From an uncultured Zetaproteobacteria bacterium (GTDB lineage Bacteria > Pseudomonadota > Zetaproteobacteria > Mariprofundales > Mariprofundaceae): a DNA stretch of 64,000 nucleotides. Below are positions 45,247-54,003 of the stretch, in pieces. How positions within the stretch are numbered: position 1 is the first letter of the stretch; the number at the start of each line of letters is the position of its first letter. The notes under the pieces are model-generated. The model ran no database searches. It had not been told where the DNA came from and was given only the letters and a program-made list of their open reading frames with translations. The stretch lies in the NCBI GenBank assembly GCA_964596375.1, contig CAZQTO010000001.1, positions 916 through 64,915 of the forward strand, written 5' to 3'. Position numbers and translations under genes: made by a program.

Positions 45247-47176
45247 ACGGTATCTTCACGGACAACGAATCGCAACGGCTGTACTTTGTGCAGTCATGCT
45301 TGTTATGGCGGCCTGTGGGCCGAAAACTTCCATGTTTCCCGGAGGGGGTGAAGGGGGGCGGAAGGCTGATTCGGCGCAACTCCCGAAAAGGGCGCCGACC
45401 TCTCCGGCTGTGATAGCGATGATGCGGCTTGCTTTTGAGGACGGAAAGATTGACGAGGCTATGGCCGGGCTGAATAGACTGATCGAAATCGGTCAGCCCC
45501 CCGATCTTGAGGAGGCACTGTTCCGTCGTATCCAGATCCTGCTGTTCATCGACGATGAACGCGCCATACCGCAAGCCAATGCGCTCTTGCAAGCCTATCC
45601 GGATCATCCGCTGACCCCTTATTTGCAGCTGTGGCTGGCTCAGTGGGCAGAAACGCATCAATTTGATGCCAGAGTTTTGCGCCATGCCTTAGCTGCAATG
45701 CAGCATCGTTATATTGATACAGATGTGCTTGTGCGTGCAGCTGCACTTGGTGCTGCCGCAGCGCGACGCAGTCCAGACTGGGAAGCGGTACAGTGGTTGC
45801 TGGCCGCGTCTGTCCTGGTGCCTGATCAGCGAGAAATTTGGCTGCGTGAGGCAGCATCAAGGGCTTCCATGTCCATGCTGGGACGATTGCGTGATGCCGG
45901 CGCCTTGAATGATGATGCCGGACGCACCCTCATACTGAATGCCGCACGCGGACACCTTATTACCGGTGACATGCCAGCTGTGCGTACACTGGCAGACTGG
46001 TTACAAGATTCCTTTCCGCGATCCGAAGAGGCGCGCATAAGCCGGGCTTGGGCTGCGGGTGAAACCCATCCAGCAAGAATCGGCGTGTTGCTGCCACTGT
46101 CGGGCGAATATGCACCGTTCGGGCGACAGGCTCTGCACGGCATACGTTTGGCGCTGAGTGCTCTGGAGAATAATCAGGGCATCACTTTGCATATTGCCGA
46201 TACCGCTTCGCAGGGAGAACAGGTCTGTGTACAGGCATACCAGTCGCTGATGCAGCAGCATGTTGATTTGATAGTCGGACCCATTCTGGGGGATTGCGCA
46301 GACGCTCTGGCAAACCGATTACATGGTGCAGTCCCCGTGATCAGCCTGAGCAGCCGTTCCTCTCTGGCTACTGAATCACCGCTACTGTTTGTGCATACCC
46401 TTTCTCCTGTTCTTCAGGCGCGGTTTATGGCCGATTATGCGGTACGGGCGGATGATAAACGCATGGTTGTGGTGAGTAGCGATGCTCCGTCTTCGCAAGC
46501 CGAAGCAGATGCTTTTTCTGATGAATTCACCTCACTGGGTGGAGAGGTGGCCGATCGTTTAATCCTGCTGCACGACAGCATTGATTTCCGTAACGAGCTG
46601 CGCGCCCTGCGCATGCGCACCGATGATGAAGCTTTATTGGCCGAACTTGATGAGGATATGGCCTTGTCTGCTCAGGCCGATGCCGATATGGAAATCGTCA
46701 TGCCGGTGAATTTCGACGCTGCCTTTCTGGCTTTGCCGGGGCGACAGGTAGCCCTGCTTGCCGGTCAGCTTGCCTATGTTGGGGTAAAGGATGTCCGCTT
46801 GTACGGAAGCAGCCGTTGGCAGGATGGTTTTCTGCTTTCCGATAAGGGACGCTATCTGCAACAAACCAGATTCTCCGATGTGTCTTTCCCCAATGGCGCA
46901 TCAGCCGAGTTAAGCCGCTTTAAACTGGCCTGGCGGGATGTGTGGGGAATAGAGGCCCCCGGCAAACTGGCCGGGCTGGCTTATGACTCGATGTTAATTG
47001 CCGTATTGTTGACACATCGTATGGGCCTTTCCGGCCACGGTCTTCTGGCCGGGCTCAGGGATAAGGGCGGGTATCCGGGCCTGACCGGGCATGTCCGCTT
47101 TGCTCCCAATGGGTTAGGCAGCAAGGATTTCGAGATCTATCGCATCAGACACAGCGAAATCGTTCCGGCGGGATGA
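45236..47176 (+). CDS. lpoA: penicillin-binding protein activator LpoA-like lipoprotein
   Basis: Lipoprotein signal MCFKRYLHGQRIATAVLCAVMLVMAAC, an N-terminal TPR-like region and a C-terminal periplasmic-binding-protein-like domain. Divergent from rsmI. Start uncertain; the ORF is open from 45158. Confidence 0.7.
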   Translation: MCFKRYLHGQRIATAVLCAVMLVMAACGPKTSMFPGGGEGGRKADSAQLPKRAPTSPAVIAMMRLAFEDGKIDEAMAGLNRLIEIGQPPDLEEALFRRIQILLFIDDERAIPQANALLQAYPDHPLTPYLQLWLAQWAETHQFDARVLRHALAAMQHRYIDTDVLVRAAALGAAAARRSPDWEAVQWLLAASVLVPDQREIWLREAASRASMSMLGRLRDAGALNDDAGRTLILNAARGHLITGDMPAVRTLADWLQDSFPRSEEARISRAWAAGETHPARIGVLLPLSGEYAPFGRQALHGIRLALSALENNQGITLHIADTASQGEQVCVQAYQSLMQQHVDLIVGPILGDCADALANRLHGAVPVISLSSRSSLATESPLLFVHTLSPVLQARFMADYAVRADDKRMVVVSSDAPSSQAEADAFSDEFTSLGGEVADRLILLHDSIDFRNELRALRMRTDDEALLAELDEDMALSAQADADMEIVMPVNFDAAFLALPGRQVALLAGQLAYVGVKDVRLYGSSRWQDGFLLSDKGRYLQQTRFSDVSFPNGASAELSRFKLAWRDVWGIEAPGKLAGLAYDSMLIAVLLTHRMGLSGHGLLAGLRDKGGYPGLTGHVRFAPNGLGSKDFEIYRIRHSEIVPAG

Positions 47177-47348
47177 CCTGAAGGCTCTAAAGCCTGAATC
47201 ACAATGGGTATGAACACACAAAATTATAAAGCAAGGTAAAGTCGACTTGCGTGCGGTGTACAGAGAGTGTCTGCCGATGTATCGAAGTCGCCTACATTGC
47301 ACCAATCCAGACGGCACCATGCCTTTCTTCGTGCCTTGTAGTGAATCT

Positions 47349-49751
47349 TTAAAGCCCCAAGTCGAAAAAGTCCTTCTTCTTTTGGGTCGGGCTGGTATCT
47401 GTCGATCTGGTGCGGCTTGTCTCGCGTGGCGCGGTGCCTATTCGGAAAGACTCAAGGAAAGGTCGCTTGGTCGTCGAGCCGGGCAGCAAACCGGTTTCCG
47501 GATCAATAGCCACCCATTCAATACCTTCGGGCGCTGAGAAGTTCAGCTTGGGCCGGTCCATGTGAAACGCCTGCATGGCAGCAAGCCATGTGGGCAGGGC
47601 AGCCCGAGCGCCAGTTTCGATTCTCCCCATGCTGATGGGGATGTCACGACCGGTCCAAACGCCGGTCAGAACCTGTGGTGTGTAGCCCATAAACCATGCA
47701 TCCACCTGATTGTTTGTGGTGCCGGTTTTGCCGGCAGCAGGGCGTCCCAAGGCCAGTGCCCGTCGTCCTGTGCCATGCTGGATGACGCCGTGCATCATAT
47801 TGGTGGCCAGAAAAGCGTTGATCGGGTCGAGTGTTTGTTCTGCAGGCTGCATAGCACTGTTGATGGCCAGAACCGGATCTGCATGGCAGGTCTGGCAGCG
47901 ATGTCCGGCGACTGAACGGTGCAGGGTGTTGCCGTTGCGATCCTGGATCTGCTGGATACTGACCGGGCTCCAGCGACGACCTCCGCTGGCAATCACTGCA
48001 TAGGATTCGGTCAATTCCTTAAGGGTTACTTCGGTGACACCCAAGGCCAGCGCCAACTGGGCGGGGAACTTGCGATTGAACAGGTAGTTGTCATTCAACT
48101 CCTGTTTGAAACGGTTGATGCCAATGTCCTGAAGCAGTTTTATCGAGGCCAGGTTGCGCGAATGTTCCAATGCATCACGCAGGGTAACTGCCCCGGAAAA
48201 TTTATTCTTGTAGTTCTCCGGGCGCCAGAACTCATCATTCTTCAGGTTTTCGAACACAACCGGTGAATCCATGATGATGCTGGCAGGGGTATAACCAGCC
48301 TGCATGGCTGTTTCGTAGAGAAATGGTTTGAAAGCGCTTCCTGGTTGTCGATTGGCACTGTCTACGCGGTCGAAATCGCCCAGATTGAAGTTGAAGCCGC
48401 CAACGCGCGCCAGGACGGTTCCTTTCTGCAGATCGATTGAATAAAGAGCCGATTCGATTGACGGTTGCTGGGTCAGGCGGACACCACCCTTACCATCGCC
48501 CTGTAACCACACCTCATCACCGCCAATCCACTTGCGCGGATGTTCAGGCGGCGTTTCCCCGATTGAATCGAGGGTGGGGGAGGGCTGGCTGGTCTCCTGT
48601 TTTTCCCACTGCCAGACTGGCTTACTTATTTTCCACTGAACCACACCGTCGTTCAGCAATAACTCACCGTCCGGCAGTACTTCCTCGACAAGGGCCGGAA
48701 TAATTTCGTCCTCACGCAGGGGGTCCCCCTCCATATCACGACGATTGTCCGCCCATGTGGCGAGTAGATTAAGCCACTCGTCGGCAGGATGGTTCACCGG
48801 CATGCGGTATAACTGGCGACGTTCAAGTTCCAGAAGGCCTGTTCGTACGGCAGAGACCGCAGCATCTTCTGCCTGCCAGTTGTAGGGGATGGTGATGCTC
48901 AGGCCTTGCCTTCTCAACGTCTGTTTACCAAAACGCTCGATAAGCTGTTGATAGATCATATTCGCGTAGGCATTGGACAATCGGTCTGCTGGTAGAGGAG
49001 CAAGGTTTAACGGTTCCTGTATGGCGGCTGCTACAGCTTCTTCATCAGCGAAACCAGCGTTTTTCATCATGCTCAGCACGAGATTTCGCCTTTGCACCGC
49101 AAGATCGGGACGCAGATGCGGGGCATAATAGCCGGGCGCTTTGGGAAGCCCCGCCAGCATGGCTGATTCTCCCAAGGTCAATTCATCAAGTCGCTTACCA
49201 AAATAGCGCCATGCAGCACTGGCAACGCCATAGGCGCCGCGGCCAAGATAAATCTGATTCAGATAGAGATAGAGAATATCATCCTTGCTGAAGTCATCTT
49301 CAATACGCTGGGCAAGGATAAGTTCACGGATCTTTCGGGTGTAGGAGCGTTCCGAACTGAGCAGGAAGTTTTTGGCAACCTGTTGGGTAATGGTGGAGCC
49401 GCCCTGTACGGTATGCCCTGCTCTTAAATTGGCAAAGGCGGCGGAGAGGATGCGTGCTGGATTTACGCCCGGATGTTGGTAGAAATGCTCATCCTCGGCA
49501 GCCATGAAGGCATTGCGCAGTTGTTGCGGAATGTCTTTAAGCGGGGTAAGAATGCGATGCTCATCGGCATATTCGGCCAGGAGTTCGCCATCCGTACTGT
49601 ATACACGGGTAACAAGAGGTGGCTGATAATCGGCCAAGGTGCTTAACTTTGGCAGATCGCTGGCGAAATATAGATAAACCCCTGTGATACCAATCACGGA
49701 AGCAACAGTGCCAATAAGGATGATTTTGACCATGAGTGTGATAATGCGCAT
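47349..49751 (-). CDS. mrcA: penicillin-binding protein 1A (bifunctional glycosyltransferase/transpeptidase)
   Basis: GT51 motifs EDEHFYQHPGV, GGSTITQQ and RKIRE. Transpeptidase motifs SAFKPF and KTGTTN. 800 aa. Confidence 0.93.
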   Translation of the reverse strand: MRIITLMVKIILIGTVASVIGITGVYLYFASDLPKLSTLADYQPPLVTRVYSTDGELLAEYADEHRILTPLKDIPQQLRNAFMAAEDEHFYQHPGVNPARILSAAFANLRAGHTVQGGSTITQQVAKNFLLSSERSYTRKIRELILAQRIEDDFSKDDILYLYLNQIYLGRGAYGVASAAWRYFGKRLDELTLGESAMLAGLPKAPGYYAPHLRPDLAVQRRNLVLSMMKNAGFADEEAVAAAIQEPLNLAPLPADRLSNAYANMIYQQLIERFGKQTLRRQGLSITIPYNWQAEDAAVSAVRTGLLELERRQLYRMPVNHPADEWLNLLATWADNRRDMEGDPLREDEIIPALVEEVLPDGELLLNDGVVQWKISKPVWQWEKQETSQPSPTLDSIGETPPEHPRKWIGGDEVWLQGDGKGGVRLTQQPSIESALYSIDLQKGTVLARVGGFNFNLGDFDRVDSANRQPGSAFKPFLYETAMQAGYTPASIIMDSPVVFENLKNDEFWRPENYKNKFSGAVTLRDALEHSRNLASIKLLQDIGINRFKQELNDNYLFNRKFPAQLALALGVTEVTLKELTESYAVIASGGRRWSPVSIQQIQDRNGNTLHRSVAGHRCQTCHADPVLAINSAMQPAEQTLDPINAFLATNMMHGVIQHGTGRRALALGRPAAGKTGTTNNQVDAWFMGYTPQVLTGVWTGRDIPISMGRIETGARAALPTWLAAMQAFHMDRPKLNFSAPEGIEWVAIDPETGLLPGSTTKRPFLESFRIGTAPRETSRTRSTDTSPTQKKKDFFDLGL

Positions 49752-50253
49752 CGGCCAAAGCCTAGGACGAAGCTATGCCCCCCGGCAAGGGGGGACTGCG
49801 GCTTGTGGTTCTGCATTCAAGGGAAGCAAGGAACGGGGCTTTACCTTGTTCGAAATGCTTCTCGTTATTACCATCATCGGCATTCTTTCCGCTGTAGCCT
49901 TACCGAATTTCAGCGCATGGCGCGAGCGTCAGGCGGTAAACAGTGCTACCAAATCGCTGCTTTCGCATATGAAGCAGGCAAGGGTGATTGCCATGGCCGA
50001 GAACAGGAGTGTGAAGATCACCTTCGCGGCTAGCAGCTACACCTATGATGCAGACACGGCTGGTACATGTGGCTTGTGCAAGCCCCAAACAGTGGCATTC
50101 AGTAATTTTACCAACAATTTAACGATCACACCGACCACCACGCGAACCTTCAGAAGTCGCGGCACGGTTAATTCCGGTACGATTACACTGGCGGCAGGTG
50201 GAGTTAGTCATGCTCTGGTTTTGAACATTATCGGCAGGGCCTACGAGCAATGA
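49744..50253 (+). CDS. FimT/FimU/GspH-type minor (pseudo)pilin
   Basis: Prepilin motif G|FTLFEMLLVITIIGILSAVALP and the GspH-like block AVNSATKSLLSHMKQARVIAMAENRSVKITF. The only in-frame start upstream of the motif that I see is ATG 49744, giving a leader of about 32 aa. Confidence 0.65.
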   Translation: MRIGQSLGRSYAPRQGGTAACGSAFKGSKERGFTLFEMLLVITIIGILSAVALPNFSAWRERQAVNSATKSLLSHMKQARVIAMAENRSVKITFAASSYTYDADTAGTCGLCKPQTVAFSNFTNNLTITPTTTRTFRSRGTVNSGTITLAAGGVSHALVLNIIGRAYEQ

Positions 50254-50759
50254 GAAAGTCGATGGATAATACCCAGCAGGGCTTCACCCTGATTGAAATC
50301 ATGGTTGTGCTGTTGGTGACGGCAATTGCGCTGCTGGCTCTGGCCACACTGTCGCTTTCCGTGATGGATTCCGGCACCGAGTCGCGCGAGCGACTGAACG
50401 CAGTGCATCTGGCTGAACAGGTGATTGAGGAATGGCAGCGGGATAGCAATGATGAATTGCCGACCATTAATACGAATTGCTCCATGGATGCGTCTTCGGC
50501 ATCCCAGCCGGTAACAAGCGGGACGTCGATTTCGCAGACGTGCAATTTTGCTTCGGGAGGATCATCGATTGATTTTACCGTTAAAGCGGAAGTGTTCTCT
50601 GCCAATGCGCCGCTGCCGGATGGTTTCGGTGGTATTGCTATTGGTGCCATGTCTGGGACAACCTCTTTCCCCAACACACCCATGGTTAAGCTGGTAACGG
50701 TTAGTTGGGACCATAAGGGTGAAGCCAAATCTATTTACCTGACGCACCTGACACGATGA
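50250..50759 (+). CDS. pilV: type IV minor pilin, PilV-like
   Basis: MRKSMDNTQQG|FTLIEIMVVLLVTAIALLALATL. 169 aa. Start overlaps the upstream stop. Confidence 0.65.
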   Translation: MRKSMDNTQQGFTLIEIMVVLLVTAIALLALATLSLSVMDSGTESRERLNAVHLAEQVIEEWQRDSNDELPTINTNCSMDASSASQPVTSGTSISQTCNFASGGSSIDFTVKAEVFSANAPLPDGFGGIAIGAMSGTTSFPNTPMVKLVTVSWDHKGEAKSIYLTHLTR

Positions 50760-51292
50760 ATACATTATCCGCCTTGAGCAAATCGATGCCGCCTGTTCAA
50801 TCCGATTCGCAGGGATTCACCCTTATCGAGCTGATGGTTTCCATGGGTATCGGTTTGATTATTTTGCTTGGCATGACGTTGATGTTTACCAGTAATACCA
50901 AGGTTTCAAACTCGCTGGCCTCGCGCACCGAAAGCCTGGGTGATTTGTATCTGGTCAGTCAGGTCATGCAGAGCGAATTGCGCAATGCTCAGGCTGGCAC
51001 CATTAGCTGGTCTTCCAATGTTCTCAGTTATACTAATCAGGATGCACAACCAGGCTATTTTAAGTACCAACATATCAGCCCTGACCGACTCTATTGGAAG
51101 AGGCCGCCAACAACGACCGATCCGACCCCGACCTATCAGGAGGTGGTTCGCGAGATGGATACGACAGCCGGGATGGCCGTTAGCAGTAGTGCATCTGGAG
51201 TATGGACGGTGACCCTCAAATCCACCTATCAGGATGAGAATCATGATGTTAAAACCCTTGATTTGTCGTTCAAGGCGTGGGCGAGGAACTGA
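50756..51292 (+). CDS. pilW: type IV minor pilin, PilW-like
   Basis: SQG|FTLIELMVSMGIGLIILLGMTLMF. 178 aa. Start overlaps the upstream stop. Confidence 0.65.
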   Translation: MNTLSALSKSMPPVQSDSQGFTLIELMVSMGIGLIILLGMTLMFTSNTKVSNSLASRTESLGDLYLVSQVMQSELRNAQAGTISWSSNVLSYTNQDAQPGYFKYQHISPDRLYWKRPPTTTDPTPTYQEVVREMDTTAGMAVSSSASGVWTVTLKSTYQDENHDVKTLDLSFKAWARN

Positions 51293-51294
51293 GT

Positions 51295-52173
51295 ATGCAT
51301 ATATCTCGCGATAAATCCGAACGCGGTTTTGTGCTGGCCACAGCGCTGATTATGCTTTCCCTGCTTTCCCTGATGGCGATTGCCATGTTCTTCACGGGTC
51401 GCGCCTCTATTCATGTAAGTAGCGGAGCGCAGCACAGCACGGAAGGGCATTATTTCGCCGAGACAGCCGTGAACTACATGATTTGGGCCATGCGCAATGA
51501 TGCCGAGTTTGACAGTTATGATTATGGGATCGGCGGCTTTCTAGATCCGACGCCAAGCCCGACGAATGCAGCGAACGTTGGCGACTGGAGTGAGCTGATG
51601 GATAATCTCTCCGACCCCGGGCCCACGGCAATCAGTGATTCAGCAACTCCACCAGCTCCAGGCCGCGCCGGACAGGTGAAGTATTTCGATAATACACCGT
51701 TGTATGACGTAAGTAATAACCCACTTCGAGCCATTATCTGGCCGCTGCCCACCGACGGCAGCGGGGATCCCGTTTATCCCACCCTATATAATATCAGTGC
51801 AAGCCTGCCGCGTTATATTCGCTTGGATATCGATTCAGCTGGTAATGTGACGCCTTCCATTCCTGCTGTGCCGCATATTAATTTGCCGAAAACAGATGGG
51901 ACCGATGATATTCCAGTCAATGGCGCGATAGCTTGGCTGACTACAGGTAATTCGGACAAGGATTTCGAGGCGGTGGATACAAGTTTATGCACTGTGACAC
52001 CAGTTCCAACTGGTGCGGTTGCCTGCGGTGTCGATAGCCTTAACACTACCCCCAGATGGCTTCTAATTAATGGGGTGCAAGCGAATAAAGACGATCAACA
52101 TGGTGTTGTGGTCTATGCCATCGGTTATGTGGGAGGGCGGCCGAGCAGTATCATCAGGGCGCAGATCAAGTGA
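51295..52173 (+). CDS. pilX: PilX/GspK-like minor pilin
   Basis: Start ATG 51295 (GAGGAA upstream). SERGFVLATALIMLSLLSLMAIAMFF lacks Glu5, as in PilX/GspK-type proteins. 292 aa. Confidence 0.55.
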   Translation: MHISRDKSERGFVLATALIMLSLLSLMAIAMFFTGRASIHVSSGAQHSTEGHYFAETAVNYMIWAMRNDAEFDSYDYGIGGFLDPTPSPTNAANVGDWSELMDNLSDPGPTAISDSATPPAPGRAGQVKYFDNTPLYDVSNNPLRAIIWPLPTDGSGDPVYPTLYNISASLPRYIRLDIDSAGNVTPSIPAVPHINLPKTDGTDDIPVNGAIAWLTTGNSDKDFEAVDTSLCTVTPVPTGAVACGVDSLNTTPRWLLINGVQANKDDQHGVVVYAIGYVGGRPSSIIRAQIK

Positions 52174-52287
52174 TGCATGTTTGTGAGCTTAATCACATAG
52201 GCGAGCAATGGTTGATGCCATCGTTCGTGTATCTTGGCGAAAAAATGATTGCACGATAGTAGATTAATATAACGTAAGGAGGAAAAA

Positions 52288-52974
52288 ATGAAGAACACAA
52301 TTAAACAAATTTCCCTGATGGCTTTCGGAAGCGTCGCATGGTTGGTGTGTGCGGTTGCCTTGCCGATGAATCAGGCAACGGGTACCGATGGCTTGATGGC
52401 CAAGGTGTCGAATCTTGTTATCACTCAGGCTTATGCTGAAGATGACAAATCCAAGTCCGATGATGAAGGAAAATCTGACGACAAGTCCAAGTCCGATGAT
52501 GAGGACAAGTCCAAGGATAAAAGCTCTTCAAGTTCATCGAGCAGTTCTACAACGCTGGTTTGCAAAAGCAAAACCACGGTTGAGTCATGGTTTAGCGACA
52601 GTGAGTCCGAGGTCACGTCTGACGAGGGCAAGTCTAAGGATAGCGAGTCGAAGTCGGACGACGAGTCCAAGTCCGATGATTCAGCCAAATCCGACGATGA
52701 GTCCAAGTCCGATGACGACAAGTCGAAGGACAGCGAGTCCAAGTCCGATGACGACAAGTCGAAGGACAGCGAGTCCAAGTCTTCCGACAGTTCTACAATC
52801 CTCACCTCGCTCGACACCTGCAAAGTCCTCTTGCCTGGCGGCGGCACGGAAGATGGATACTGGGTTCCTGAGAATGTAAGTAATGGCGATGACCTGACTA
52901 CTTACATTGATGGATCAGGCCCTACTACCCCTGACAGTTCGCTGGAGTCCTATCGCGAAATCCGCGGCGAATAA
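52288..52974 (+). CDS. secreted/exported protein P1, unknown family, with K/S/D/E low-complexity core
   Basis: AAGGAGG-N6-ATG. Hydrophobic N-terminus ISLMAFGSVAWLVCAVALP with no prepilin motif. Residues 51-168 are almost entirely K, S, D and E. C-terminal block shared with P2. Confidence 0.6.
   Translation: MKNTIKQISLMAFGSVAWLVCAVALPMNQATGTDGLMAKVSNLVITQAYAEDDKSKSDDEGKSDDKSKSDDEDKSKDKSSSSSSSSSTTLVCKSKTTVESWFSDSESEVTSDEGKSKDSESKSDDESKSDDSAKSDDESKSDDDKSKDSESKSDDDKSKDSESKSSDSSTILTSLDTCKVLLPGGGTEDGYWVPENVSNGDDLTTYIDGSGPTTPDSSLESYREIRGE
52711..52782 (+). repeat. 2 x 36-bp near-perfect tandem repeat inside P1
   Basis: GATGACGACAAGTCGAAGGACAGCGAGTCCAAGTCC occurs twice in tandem (35/36 identical), encoding DDDKSKDSESKS twice. 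Confidence 0.9.
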
Positions 52975-52995
52975 ATACATTCACCGCAATCAGAG

Positions 52996-53026
52996 AGCAC
53001 CCCGGGCAACCGGGGTGCTTTTTTTA
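52996..53026 (+). terminator. rho-independent terminator after P1
   Basis: AGCACCCCGG-GCAA-CCGGGGTGCT followed by TTTTTTT. Confidence 0.85.
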
Positions 53027-53195
53027 TTGCTCTATGCCAAGGCAGAAAAAGTGGAAATTTGGTGTTCGGACGGGTAGTGATGTATTTGTGAGTACGGACA
53101 CATCTTCAATCCGGAAATGGAAGCTAACGTACATCATCATTGCAGGGCTGGGGCGCGAAAGATGGTACCGGTAGTGGCTAAACAAGGAGACGGAA

Positions 53196-53807
53196 ATGAA
53201 CAAGACAAAAAAACACATTTTTTTCCTATTTTTCGGCAGCGCGGTATGGGCGCTTTGCTTTGCTGTACACCCTGGGAGTCAGCTGCAAGGCTTCGATAGC
53301 TTGCCGGGCATACAGATGAATATCGGTCAAGCTTATGCAGTAGACTTCAGCAATGATGAGCTGGTTTGCGTAGACAGGGAATCGGTGACAACCACGGTGG
53401 GATTTGACGTGAGCAATGACGATAAAATGTCTACAACCAGCACAGTGCTTTGCCATGTTTCGCATGGTAAAGGAGGCAAAGATCATCAAACGCTGACCTT
53501 GCCGGACGTCGCAGTGTCCAAGCACATGGATAAGCATTCGGACGATCATCTGGGCTCATGCGGCGGTACCGAGGCACCTGACCCGACCACATCAGTGGAC
53601 ACAGCGTGCATCGATTCCTTGCCGGGGTGTACGGCTCTGGGTGGAACGGCAACGAATGGTATCTGGGTTCCCGAGAGCGCGGTTAATGCCGACGGCACAG
53701 TGAATGTAACCATGCTTGATGATTACTTCACACAAACATGCTCAAGCGGCGCCAGCGGTATCCCGGACAGCATGCATAGATCCTACCGCGACATACATGG
53801 CAAATAA
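53196..53807 (+). CDS. secreted/exported protein P2, paralogue of P1 without the repeat tract
   Basis: AAGGAG-N6-ATG. N-terminus IFFLFFGSAVWALCFAV. Shares the IGQAYA, LVC and C-terminal CIDSLPG...NGIWVPESAVNADG...PDS..SYRDIHGK blocks with P1. Confidence 0.6.
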   Translation: MNKTKKHIFFLFFGSAVWALCFAVHPGSQLQGFDSLPGIQMNIGQAYAVDFSNDELVCVDRESVTTTVGFDVSNDDKMSTTSTVLCHVSHGKGGKDHQTLTLPDVAVSKHMDKHSDDHLGSCGGTEAPDPTTSVDTACIDSLPGCTALGGTATNGIWVPESAVNADGTVNVTMLDDYFTQTCSSGASGIPDSMHRSYRDIHGK

Positions 53808-53829
53808 TTTGCTTCCCCATCTGCTGAAG

Positions 53830-53860
53830 GGCACCCCGAAGAACCGGGGTGCCTTCTTCT
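53830..53860 (+). terminator. rho-independent terminator after P2 (same stem core as the P1 terminator)
   Basis: GGCACCCCG-AAGAAC-CGGGGTGCC followed by TTCTTCT. Confidence 0.7.
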
Positions 53861-54003
53861 CATTAATTTCGTAGGTTTGGATTTTGCGCATGTATTGTCG
53901 GAAAACGCACGCTGATAACACGATACGAAACTTGACCTTATTCCTTTATATAAGGTATGTTACCATGCTCCGTGATAGCTTTGCATAAAGAGAGAGGTGG
54001 AAG

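Noticed and set aside
52174-52287. Sigma-54 promoter upstream of P1 (TGGCGA...TTGCA)
   Set aside because: The GG-to-GC spacing is about 15 nt instead of the required 12, so it does not fit the -24/-12 geometry.
52415-52879. 154-aa (+) and 138-aa (-) ORFs across the P1 repeat tract
   Set aside because: They are alternative frames kept open only by the low-complexity K/S/D/E-coding repeats. The P1 frame has the RBS, the signal peptide and a paralogue.
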